DNA of 64,000 bases, taken from assembly GCA_964187785.1 (NCBI GenBank), contig OZ076409.1:33172001-33236000 (forward strand), in the 5' to 3' direction. Below the pieces are notes generated by a model. That model saw only the letters and a program-made list of their open reading frames with translations. It had not been told where the DNA came from and ran no database searches. The position numbers and the translations under genes were made by a program. This DNA is from Amphiscolops sp. MND2022. Lineage: Eukaryota. Shown here piece by piece: positions 51,000 through 62,344 of the stretch. The number at the start of each line of letters is the position of its first letter. The stretch's first letter is position 1.

Positions 51000-53261
51000 T
51001 GTCATGACCTGGTCCCGGTTGGTGTTTTACTTGCAACGAAGGAACACACATATTTACCAAAGGACTTGGCCAAGGGAGGAACTATTAGAACCTGAAAATA
51101 TTATATTGTACTTACAGTACAGCTAGACAATTAGTGAAAGATTTTTCCGGAGAAAAAAAATTGACGTAATGACGACGTAATATTCCGCAAGACAATTTAT
51201 GATATTCCAAAAATTCCGGTCTATCTTTTCCATGCGCGTCCAATATTACTTGCGGTTTTATTTTCTGAAAATCTCATACTGATCTAGATAAAAAATAGAG
51301 ACGAAAGTAATTATAGAAAATGCTTCTTCTTTTTCCAACGCGAAATGAAACAATAAGAGCAATATTTAGTTCCGTGATCCTAACGGAATTAATACAATTT
51401 AAAATGAAAGAAACTTACAAAAACCACAAGGGACTGTTTTCTCAGTACAAGGCAGTTGTCAGAAATTACCTAACTTACAGTCAAGCCATTTGAGCAAATA
51501 ATCACAACGTTAGGGCAACGTCACTCAAGGAGGCTCGCAGGCGATGTTTCTATAGTTTTGAGCCAAAATCGTCACCGCTCGGCGGAACCAGCAATCTTTG
51601 CCGCCTGTTTGGCAAACCCATAATATCTCTAGGTGGCTAATATTTTGAAGCTCAGAATAGAATGAACGATTTTGTGACGTCACAGCTAAGCTTCTCAGAA
51701 TGAAATCTGCTAACGCCTGACGTACCTGTTACGTCACACTGCTGGTCATCTATAGCAAAAATATTTACGCACGTCACAGCTACGTCACGTTTGAAAGTTG
51801 AGAATAGGAATATTGTGTTTTATCTGCCTTTGACTAAGACAGTTTTTGGTAGTTTTGTATACATTGTCATGAATAACATGGTTAGCGAACACTGTATTGT
51901 AAGGCAGAAAAAAAGTGATCAAATCCAACTGTTTGCTGCCTTTTCTTCTGTATCGTGACACAAATCGAATATGATGAAGTGCTTAGAATAATATTTTGGA
52001 GATTGCGTTGACCAAAAAGTATAATAACACTGCAAAAAGTATAATGAAGTATATTTTTTCAATGAATTGTAATCAACCCTTTCTCGTTATAGCTGCACGA
52101 AGCGACGTAAGGTCAACGTGATTTTCTCAAATGAGATGTTTGGAACTACTGTTGATTTAATAAAGCTACCTTCAGAGAAAGTTGTTCCCTCTTTGCAATT
52201 TTGTATTTGTGTTTGTTTTTTTCCGACACAACAAATTTATTTGGGTGAGGAAAATCATGATCTGTAATGCCTTTTTCCGAATTCTAGCAAAACTCCAATT
52301 GACTATCTCCATCCACCTGACTATCCTAACAGGGAGAGTCAAGCGAATGGATATTTTTCATACACTTGACTATTATACTTGACTAATTTTATATTTAATA
52401 TGGTCCAGTTGAAAGTTGACTATTTTAGTTACAATGGCTGAGTTGGTGGTGCATCCGCCTCTCAGGCTGTACTAAGCGAATCCTTATTGAGAAGTCGGCG
52501 TGCTGTCGTCGTCAAGATTTCAACTAGACTTTTATTTTGCCGCTACTTTGACACTCAAACAGGAAGTGCGTCTGGTTGAATTGAAATGTTTTCAACAATA
52601 AGGACGTGATTATGACGCAACTAGGAGTTTGCATACCTGATTTAAGAACGCAGGACTGAATTGTTAAGAATCAACTTAAATTTTTCGTGAAACAACCTGA
52701 TTCTTAGGATACTTAGGAACTTTTGGTGAGAAACAAATGATGCTGCGGAAGTATAAATTATCTACAAATCTACATAAATCATGTAAAAGTTTTCAGTTGA
52801 TTGTTAGTTTTTCAACCTACGTATCCATCAAACAAAACATTTTCTTCGAAGAATTCATCTTTGTCGAAGACTTTGTCATTCTAAAAATGACAACCTAAAG
52901 CCAGAAAAGGAAAGCAGTTGCGAAAGTAATCTCTAGGATATGAAAACTCCTACAACTGGAAATAAACCCGAGCAAAACATCAGAGCTGATCATACCAAAT
53001 CGCCCAATATTCATCTGGAAAACCTCGACGAGATAAAGACGTCACTTGGGAAGAAGATCATGTCCGATCTTTCGAAAATCCATGCTGAGAACCAAAAGGA
53101 GATGCTAAAATTAATAGCACCAACTTCCACGACCCAAAACTATCCCTTAAACATAGAAGACACTGACTCTGAAACTGAAAAAGTATTCCCTACAACTTGT
53201 TCTACACCAGTCAAAACTGAAACGACTAAACGTAAAAGTACACCGATAGCTAGTCGTAACA
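51000..53261 (+). repeat. Gypsy-2 3' LTR
   Basis: TGTCATGAC...GTCGTAACA, colinear with 39678-41916 except a non-homologous block at about 52225-52570. Confidence 0.88.
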
Positions 53262-53571
53262 CTAGAAACTATCTACAATGCACGCGGGTAGAGGAACAGC
53301 GTCGATGTTGTTTTTACTGACTAGAAGAATCTTTGGTAACATGCATCGTTCCTGATATAAAAAGGACTGCGAAACACTGAAAAGTCTGCAAAATCCGTCT
53401 TGAAAAACATTTTTTGAGTTGTTTCGAGTAATGACTTTTACCAACCTAAATATGGTCTCTGAAACTCTTTTTTTGTACTTGATTTGATGTTTGCAAGTAT
53501 TTAGGCGATGTCAAAGACTTCTTTGAATTTGTTGTGCAGTGAGGATATATTTCAAAAATTTTTGAAGTATT

Positions 53572-54284
53572 TGTAACGTTCACCTATTAGCAACTGAAAA
53601 TTTCGGTCAAGCATGCAGAATTTGCGATTTTCAATCAGTTGCCGCTGATCACTTCCGTGTCTTTAAACAGACCTGCTCAAATCTTTTACATTTTCAGAAC
53701 ATCATTGCGCCACCATACCCACACTCATACACGGACGGAGAGCGAATCGAGAAGAAATTGCAGAAAAAACTAGTGAAGACTCAATTAGCAAACCAGCTAA
53801 TCACTCCTAGACGGACTTTGTTCAAACTGGCGCATTTCTTAGCAAAGTGCTATTTTTGGTGATAATTGCCTAAATGAGTCAGTTCCCTTAAGCAAGCTTA
53901 CGATGCATGTGCTCCCTCACTAATCATTGCTGCATGAAGTCAGTTATGCTGTAACTTTTTGTTTTTTTTTCGTTGTATTAGCTAGTGAGCTACTGTTTCG
54001 TGATGTGTTGTATCGGAAGAAATTCACTTTTAACACCGTCACCTTCACTTTTTAAAGGCGGTCGAAGCGTTAGTTTCCAGACAAGGCGTAATTGACGGTA
54101 CTGACAGCAATTAAGGATTGTATCAGACGCGCAAGTACTCCACAGAATCGGAATCCTCTTCTGACGGGGTAGTTTTTACCCAAATGGTGTCATGCTTATA
54201 GGTGATGGTCCCGGGCAAATGCCCACGTCGTGGGTTCCTCCATTTCTTTCCACGGAGACGCGACAGCGAAAGCTTGCTGTTACA
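53572..54284 (+). repeat. LTR of a third family, copy 1
   Basis: TGTAACG...CTGTTACA; the 3' half (TACTGACAGCAATTAA..GGAATCCTC.TCTGACGGG..GTCCCGGGCAAAT..GTTCCTCCA) matches the reverse complement of 62685-62950. Confidence 0.65.
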
Positions 54285-55360
54285 TGGAAAAATACACTTT
54301 ATGGCGACCAGATAGAGTTATCTTCGGAGTATTCCCCTCATTGGATTTGAAAGAGTCGACCCTTCGGTGATTGACACCTAGTACTACGACCCGACTCTGC
54401 AAGGAAAAAAACCAGAGCTTTTCTACAATTTTTACCACGTATGTATGTCAATTGAGGCCGCCTTGTTCGTAACGGTAATTTCTTGAAAACGCCCTGAATG
54501 ATGTGATTTTCGGCTTTTTCGTCAACAGGTACAGGCTCTTTTGAGCATGGAAGGGGATGTTGGAGAGAGTACAAACCTCGCTCGGACGGGACATACAACA
54601 TGCCGGAACAGTTGTTTGTTGGTCTCTAACGGTTTGTTGGTCTCTGGCTGGCTTGGACGATGCGAAATGATGAAATGGAAGCGCGACTTTTGTGTGCAAT
54701 CGTTTGAAAGTGTTATCCATAGCCTCATGCAACTATTTGTGTGTTTTTGCACTTGTTTGGTATGAAAAAAAATTTGTTTTTTCATGTATTGCTAGTGAAA
54801 GGTGCTATTTTTCAAGGCAATTTTGAGGCGGAACACTTACATGAGCGTAAGCGCTCTTGGTGCTAGCCACAACCCAGCAGTAACTGAATAGAAGTAGTTC
54901 AGAATCCTCATGAATTCATCAATATGCGTTGTTGTACTCAAAATTGTCGTTTGGAGCAAACAGCAGACTGTTTGAAGAGAAAAAATCCCGGTTTTTGTCA
55001 AAGTTAACCCAAGTTTGGCAAGAAACTCCTCTGGGGGAATACGGGCTTTTGAAGACCAACAGTATACTGAAATTAGTTCAGGGCCCACTCCATGGCACCG
55101 AAAAGTTGACTTTCAATTTCATTTTTAGGAAGCTTTACTTTTTATTTAGTTCAAAAATCATTGATAATGCAAGATAACCACTGGGAGTCAGTTGTTCTGT
55201 ATGAGTTATAGCCTAAGGTCTAGTATTTCTGTTTTTAACGTGAAATTCGACATTTAACTGTGAAAACCGTTTGAAAGAATCTTCTTCGGTGTGGAGAAAC
55301 TTGGAAAAACGCACTGAAGTTCCTTCAATTCCAATCAAACCAGACTGTTCCAATAGTACC

Positions 55361-56383
55361 ATGCGCTATGAATAGGTCATCAGAGATCTCCTTAGCAGTG
55401 ACTCGCCGCAAGTCTACACCACTATCAAGACGGAACAGCAAGCTGAGGAAAACAAGATGGGAATCATTAGGGCTCATCGGGAGGCGACTGTGCTGCCTAG
55501 ATAGTTCGGCCCAGTAAACTGGTACAATGCTATTGTCGACCTGAATGGGCAACTGTTCAGATTTCCATGGCCCACAGAAACATTGCGCAAGATCATTAAT
55601 GCTATCTTGAGGGCTAGTACCAATGCGCGATCCGATTACATGTTTAAGTTCATCCCGATCCCCAAACGATACTACGCCCGCGCGGGTCCTTTTGCTCGAG
55701 GGCAAGAATTTCCGGATCACCAATTGCAACATCTGGACTTTCCACGTCTCCAGCAGTGGATTGAAGTAGCCACACAGGTGCGAAGGCGTAATCTCTCCCG
55801 CCGCATGGCTCCCGTCCAGTACGAACCTGCCTGGCACCCGCAAGGAAGGATGACAATGTCTGGCGACATGTCTTTGGTGCTACCGGACGAGGTCAATTCC
55901 GTCCTGGGCCCCGAATTTCGAACCGAATAGTATGAAGACTGTTTGAACTTGGAGATTAGTAATTTTGAAGGATGGAAGAGAGCTTGCGGGCTCTGGAAGC
56001 AGGCCGGTTAGATTTTCAAGCGTGTGGCCCTTGCTGCCACCGGCAGAGCTGAAGCAGAGCGCACACAGGCCTTTGCGCAACCACCGCAGCCTAATCCAAC
56101 CCCCACAATGGCGATGTCGTAGGAGCAGCTACTGACTGTGGAAGCAGCTCCGGTAGATGTGGTTCTGGAAAATGCAACTATGCCTCTAACACCCGATCAA
56201 TCCGGCAAACATGTCAGGGAGCTAACGCCGATTGAAGCGTTAGTGGACCCGATCGGAGGGCTCACGATCGACACCGACACAGAAACAAAAATACCGTCTC
56301 CCACTAGACGTGCCTCAGCGAGTGAAGCCTCTCCACCAACCCAAGTTTCACCCCGTAGCCCTCACAAATCGGCTATACAATGA
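55361..56383 (+). pseudogene. 341-codon frame of unknown product, interrupted by five TAG codons
   Basis: ATG 55361 is in frame with ORFs 55583 and 56138; TAG at 55373, 55502, 55928, 56009, 56120; no frameshift; GC-richer than its flanks. Confidence 0.6.
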
Positions 56384-57172
56384 ACCAACTGCTAAAAAAA
56401 CCGAGGGCTCACCAACTACGTACGGAGCTTGAGGGCTCATAGCCCACAAAGCTGCGAAACCTTAGCCTATCTGTTGTTACCTTTCAGTGTTGCTACCTTA
56501 AATTGGTGCAATTTTAGTTTGTTGTTATCTGGTTAGTATTATTTGATAGTGTGCGTAGGTGAATGGCCTCAGAGTGCACCTGCCCTGCGTGCTGGAACTA
56601 AGTTAAACCAAGTGTCAAAAAAGCAACCAAGAAAATACAATTTTCTTCATATCTAACACCTCGAGCGGTGTCACCAAAAGAAGTTCCAGACCCAAAAGCG
56701 AAACGTGACCTGAAAGGATCTTTTATGCTGAATTGCTATCCTTTCGTTCAGTCATGTGCATTCTATCTACTGTCTTTCCTGTAGCCGAGCTCGCGCTCTC
56801 CCAGCAAAAGAAATTTTATACGAAACAAAAACTAAAAAAAAACGAAATTCTAAAAAAAACTGGAGAAAAAGATTTTTAGATGGCATTAGCCATAAAAAAC
56901 CTTTTAACCTCCAAAGATGCTTCGAAATGGCAAAAACCGTCCAAAACCTCCTAGTTCTCGAGTTGGTGCTAATACCGTAACGTTTTTTTGTGAAAATACG
57001 AAGTTTTGAGGTTGTTTTTCATAGGATACCAGACGGCGCTATCCCTACAACAGCTGTTTGACAAGGATTCATTCTTATTTCAAGCCGTGTCCACAGCGTG
57101 GGCAGCACCCTGTTCCTGGACGAGGTCCTGCAATGCTAGCCAGGGACGACAAGCCAAAAGCTCAGGGAGTGG

Positions 57173-57890
57173 TGTAACGTCATCGGGTGATCAACGAAAT
57201 TTTGGCAATTTTTTAAAATTCCGTTCAAAATTGACGCGGCACTTGAACATGGTTTCGGCAAAGTACCTGTCAACAGAAATCATAGACAGATAGCAAGAGA
57301 AGTGTTTTAAGAAGAGATAGCGAAAAAAAACTCGTGTCAAAGTACGAACTAGTCTGAAAATAGATAGCAAAGTTGGCTATATCCACGGTGTTTGTCTGCT
57401 GAATGATGGTTTTGCAGGACTGATCCGGGAAGCAGCATGACAGCTTAATTGCCGTATCAGTGTCCGGGGGTTGTGCCCAGCTCGAGCGTTGGTGTCATGC
57501 CACCTGAAAGCCCACCCACTTCGCCAAACTAGACTTTATTGTAGTAATTGACGTATTTGCTTGATTAATTAATAGCTCGAGGACTACTCTTACAAGGTGC
57601 TTTTACGCAGATTCCCTCTGGTGAAATTCAGCTCTACACTACCTTGTTGTTTTTATGAGCTATCTACCCGGTGGTTGTGAGAAGAAAGCACAATGTCTGT
57701 GATTTTTAGCAGTTACAGACTGGTATCAGGCCAGAGAGCATCCTTAAAGACGGTTCCCCCTCCTCGGTACCGGGTATCCTTAGGTGGACAAAGTGAGCTG
57801 GTATCATGGTGGTTTGTCCCGGACCATATTCATGGTACCAATTCCTCCACTCCAATATTACGATACAATCGCTTAGCGCTTGCCGTTACA
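57173..57890 (+). repeat. LTR of the third family, copy 2 (diverged)
   Basis: TGTAACG...GCTTGCCGTTACA preceded by purine-rich AGGGAGTGG; shares AGACTGG.ATCAGGCC, TGTCCCGG, TTCCTCCA blocks with copies 1 and 3. Confidence 0.55.
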
Positions 57891-58249
57891 GTTCTTTAGT
57901 ACGACTTGGTACGAAACTCTTTTTTGTCATTGAATATATTCGCTGCTTCGAATTTTCAATGTTTTAGGTTTTATAAAACAGGTTTTTTGAGCCCTAAGGG
58001 TCACACCTTCGCACGGTGTGACTTTTTCCCAAAGTGCATAGAAAACATTGTAAATTTGAGTTTCTGTTATATTTCGGAAAAACAGTTTTTTTTCAACTCT
58101 CAAAGTACCATATCAGACATTTTCTGTTGTAACAGTTTACAAAAAGACCACATGGCAAGTGCGCATTTTCTTCTTAGTGGATTTGAATCTCAAATGGTAT
58201 AAAGCAAGTGATCAGTATGCAGTTTAAAACCTCTGCAACATCACAATAG

Positions 58250-58863
58250 TTTTTATGAGTCGGAAAAAGTTTTCGACTACTTATGCAATCGTGTCGGTTT
58301 TTTTTCGTTTTTTTTTCTCCCGACGTTTTCATGAAAATTTCAAATTTCTCAAAAACTGTCCAAACGAATTTCATAAAATTTTACAGTCATTCTACACCCA
58401 AAGGGGCCCCTGTGTGCTCAAAGGCATCAAAATCGTATGAATGGAATGTGAGAAACATAGCCAAACTTAGCCCAAAAATGGCCAAAATTAGCCCAAAAAC
58501 AGCGAATTTTCGTTTTTTTTTCGATTTTCTCAAAAACTGTCCATACGATTGAAACGAAATTTTGTACAGTCCTTCTACACTATATTATGGTCCTTTATGT
58601 GTAATTTCATCAAATTCGTATTGCTGGGATGTGAGAAACATAGCCAAAATTAACCAAAAAATTGCCAAAAAACAGCCAGTTTTCGACTTTTTGATTTCTG
58701 CAAAAACTGTCCATACGATTCGAACGAAAGTTTCTACAGTCATTTTTTACAACATAGTATGGTCTATGCGTGCAATTTCAATAAATTCGTATAACTGGGA
58801 TTGGAGCGAGTCAAGGAAAAATAACTAAGCCGACTCCTTTACCGCATATGCGGCTCTGGTTTT
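58250..58863. mobile_element. Second Helentron/DINE-1-like non-autonomous element
   Basis: TTTTT-ATG-AGTCGG..TCGACT stem-loop at the left; CCGACT sub-TIR, CCGCATATGCGG hairpin and TTTT at the right; three internal units of about 175 bp starting AAAACTGTCC. Confidence 0.65.
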
Positions 58864-59187
58864 AGAAATGATAAAAACGTGGCTCAGTGCCAAAAACTCT
58901 AGCGGGGGCTTTTTGTCTTCTCCCAATTGTTGCCTACAAAAAACCGTTTGGTCCAGCACGATAGTCGAACCCACGTACACACAGAGGAACTCATTCTTCC
59001 TATTTCCAGCCGGTTTCTAGAAGATATTGTCAGAAACTGGTACAAGAAAAAGTGCCCCTGCTAAAACTAAGACATTTTGTTTCTTGCAAAACAGAAAAAT
59101 TACAAACAAACAAACTAAATCCATAGTCTTTCCCCAGAGAAAGACTGGTTGTCTAAATATGATTCGTGTCGTCGCGTTGCTCCTCTC

Positions 59188-60058
59188 CCCAGGTTTTCAA
59201 TCTTTGAGACTCCGTGCCGATCTGCAGGATTTTTGCAGCTCTTTGCTGATACGTGCAGATCTGCAGAATTTTTGCAGATCTTTGCAGATATTTGCAGATT
59301 CGAAAAAAACTGACATACTCAGAAACACAATAAAACCCCCACATCGATGTCAAAGGAATAATAAAAATGTTTAAAACTGGAGAGAAGTAATATTTTTGTC
59401 AAAATGACGAAACATTTTTCTGTTGCAATCTGTACAGATCTGCAGAGATTACAGATCTTTACATATCTTTACAGAGCCGAACAATGACCAATAATTTACT
59501 ATAACGTATTCCAAGTATCCACCATTTACTAAAAATACTCCAACAAACTATGTTGCGGAAATATTGCAACAACAACACTTTATCAACACATCTACCAACC
59601 TAGAAGGTTGCCATATGCCAAATTTTATATGTCAAAACGAAGTCAATATGGTAAACGAGCCTCTCAAAGTTGAAAAACCAGTTCTGGAATGTTCAAGTGA
59701 AATGGATAAATCAGTGTATAACAGATACCGCACTTTCTCCAGTCACCAAAATTATCGTGATGGGGGACAAATTTTCCTTCTCGAGAATTTTGAGTGATGG
59801 AGAGTTTCAACTAACTGACCCTAGGTCAGCTAAAATACTCGATAAAGTCGTTCAAGAAGTCCAAAAATATAGTATATTGGTTCCTTAGAAGCTGCAAAAA
59901 AACATTTTTCTGCAAAAATCTTTAAGAAAATCTACACACTTCTGTAAAGATCTTGCAGATCTGTATGGATCTTCAAGATTCAGTGCAACGATCTTTGCAG
60001 AACCCTGCAGAAAAAATCCTGCAGATCTGCACAGATTCGCAAAGATCGAAAACCTGGG
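59188..60058. mobile_element. MITE with CCCAGG TIRs of about 45 bp and a 2-bp TC TSD (CMC/EnSpm-like)
   Basis: CCCAGGTTTTCAATCTTTG...CAAAGATCGAAAACCTGGG flanked by TC; many subterminal TGCAGATCT units. Confidence 0.8.
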
Positions 60059-60867
60059 TCAAAAGTCTCCTCTCCCTGATTTTGGTTTAGACTTTTGAAC
60101 TTCTGGAACTACTCTTTCATGAATTGCAGAAATGATTGCTCTTTGTATTTGGAATTGATTGGTTCCATCAAAAAGTTCTTCCAAAGTTTCATTGACCTGT
60201 TCATTGGTTTCAAATATTTTCTGTTGATGCTAACTCGTCTTCATTTGAATTCCCTTCCTCATCGGGCAGGTTAGGCACTATAACCGTTTTTATTCAATTT
60301 TCATTTCGGTCTCAGAATTAAACGAGTTTTTCCTTTTTTTCTGTATTGTAACTAGCCTGTCTGACCTTAAACTTTTTATCAGTATCTGTCGTCAGATTGG
60401 CGTGGCTTTCTGCCTCTAGCCTTTCCGCTTCTTCGTAGACGGTATGTTTGAAAGAAGTTGGGTTCCTTACAGGACTTCATTACAAATGCTTGCTTCTAAA
60501 CTCTTCGCGAAAAATAATATTTTCGTTTTTCGATCGACGAATATTCTTACTTTTGAAGAACTATTTTTCTCCCAACAATTTCTGCCTGAAACAACTTTAC
60601 ATTTCAAGTTGCTCATTTTAGTTTGTCTGATGGTTGCCACAACTGTCTGTGTTGTGAAGAGCTGGGATGCGAGAGTAATACGGTTTACAATAGTCTACCT
60701 AGAAGGTAGGAAAAATTCAGTAGAAATAAGAGATCGGAGCTCAGATTTTGGTGCGCCACGCATGGACGCACTTATTGCCTTTATGTTTTAGGCACTTTTT
60801 TGATTTTTTTTGGCACTTATGCCAAATATTATCTGTTTTGTCATATAACAATTAGTATTAGTATATT

Positions 60868-61417
60868 CTCGTGCTGAGCACGAGAACAACCCAAGGTAAC
60901 CCACCGGTGGCCAGTGCACTTACCATCGCAGCCCCACAGGTGGCCACCTCGGTGGCCATGACACATTTTGTGGTGGACCCCCGGTGGCCATTTAGGGAAA
61001 AATTTCATGTTGTATACCAAATATTGCAAAAATCGTGCCGCGAACCTGTCTGAATTTTGTTGACTCTCCAGCATTTACTTCTGCGCTACCAGCTTTTGTA
61101 ATTTGTTTGTTTTGCCTTATCTATATTTTTCTGCAGCATAGCCTATATCGCGACTCGCGTACACGCGGTGCCAAAATAGTCTTAATTGCTGCAGAATTTC
61201 TTGAGTGCAGAAGTAAATTTTTGAAAATTTAAACAACCTTCGGATTCCATAATGAAATAATAATTTTCAATATTTTTCCATAATTCACTATTCACTTTTT
61301 TGAAAAAAAAATTCCACCGGTGACCACCGGTGGACATAGTGACTGTTTATCCAAAATTGCCCCCACCGGAGGTCCACCTATAGCCAGTGGTGGGTTACCA
61401 TGGGTTGTCAGTACGGG
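60868..61417. mobile_element. MITE with a 2-bp TT TSD (CMC-like)
   Basis: CTCGTGCTGA..ACAACCCAAGGTAACCCACC versus GGTGGGTTACCATGGGTTGTCAGTACGGG; subterminal CCACCGGTGG palindromes; TT on both sides. Confidence 0.7.
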
Positions 61418-62344
61418 TTTCCAAAAAACGTGCTGATTGCAAGTGCATGCAATTTGTTTGGGTGTACAGTAGTGATGTTTTTAAAAGCAACAAAAGGAAA
61501 ATCTCAAAATCGAAAATCTCTAAAACAGCGGCGATTTTTGAAAAAAGATAAAAGTGAAAGTTTCTTAGAATTTTATCTAGTCTACAAATATGTTTGTGTG
61601 AAGATTATGCGATGAAAATTGTAGTTACGATAGGCCATTTTTAGCCACATTTAGGCCAAAATTGAGATTTTTCTCACTTTTGATCAAAATTTTTGAATCA
61701 TTTAATGTTCAATTGACCCCCCTGATTTAACTGAAGCCCCTGATATGTTTTGACTGAGAAATCATTCTGAAATCTCAAAGAAATTAAGCTGTAATATCAA
61801 GCTTTTTCGAATGTATTAGGATACGATTTTGAAATATAACCACTTAAAACAAACTCGTACTGATACAATTTACAATATTTTCGAGAAAAAATTATATTGT
61901 CAGATTCGAAATGCTTGTGAGAATTTTTCTGTCAAAATTGTTTTGAAATCAAAAAATTGTAAGTGGGTCAAAAATTCAAAAAACTAAAAAATGATGCTTT
62001 GGAAATCTCTCTCCACCAATGAAATGAGCGCGTGAGACGTTATTTAGCTAATGAGATTTGTTTACTTGCTCTCTTTCCGCGTGCGTTGTTGCTTTTAATA
62101 ATATCACTACTGTATTTCTAAGGAATGTGTTGTCCAGCAGTGTTTATGCAATATGGTAATGGTATCTTCGAGAAAAGTGATGATCACTCTGCTTTCAGTA
62201 CTGGACGTTGCGTGTACTGGACGTTGGAATTTTAATAATATATGGATAATAATAATAACGGATATTTTGCATCAATTCAAAATTAACGGATCGGGTTTCG
62301 TTAAGACGCTGACTGGTGTGGAAATACAAAACTGATCAGGTAGC

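Larger units (their letters stand above)
39678..53261 (+). mobile_element. Gypsy-2: older 13.6 kb Ty3/Gypsy element with about 2.2 kb LTRs and about 3 kb of cargo
   Basis: Termini TGTCACGAC...GTCGTAACA; flanks CTAGG/CTAGA (near-TSD); PBS-like TGGTGAAAGGAGT at 41917; decayed gag and pol. Confidence 0.9.

Noticed and set aside
52435..52483. tRNA-like box A (TGGCTGAGTTGG) in the 3' LTR-specific block
   Set aside because: Box B is degenerate and no cloverleaf forms; at most a SINE remnant
55361..56383. Genome-wide alternative genetic code (TAG as sense)
   Set aside because: Elsewhere TAG, TAA and TGA all interrupt decayed ORFs and differ between paired LTRs, which fits mutation rather than recoding
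58340..58800. Regularly spaced repeats resembling a CRISPR array
   Set aside because: Whole units are homologous with no unique spacers, there are no cas genes, and the context is eukaryotic
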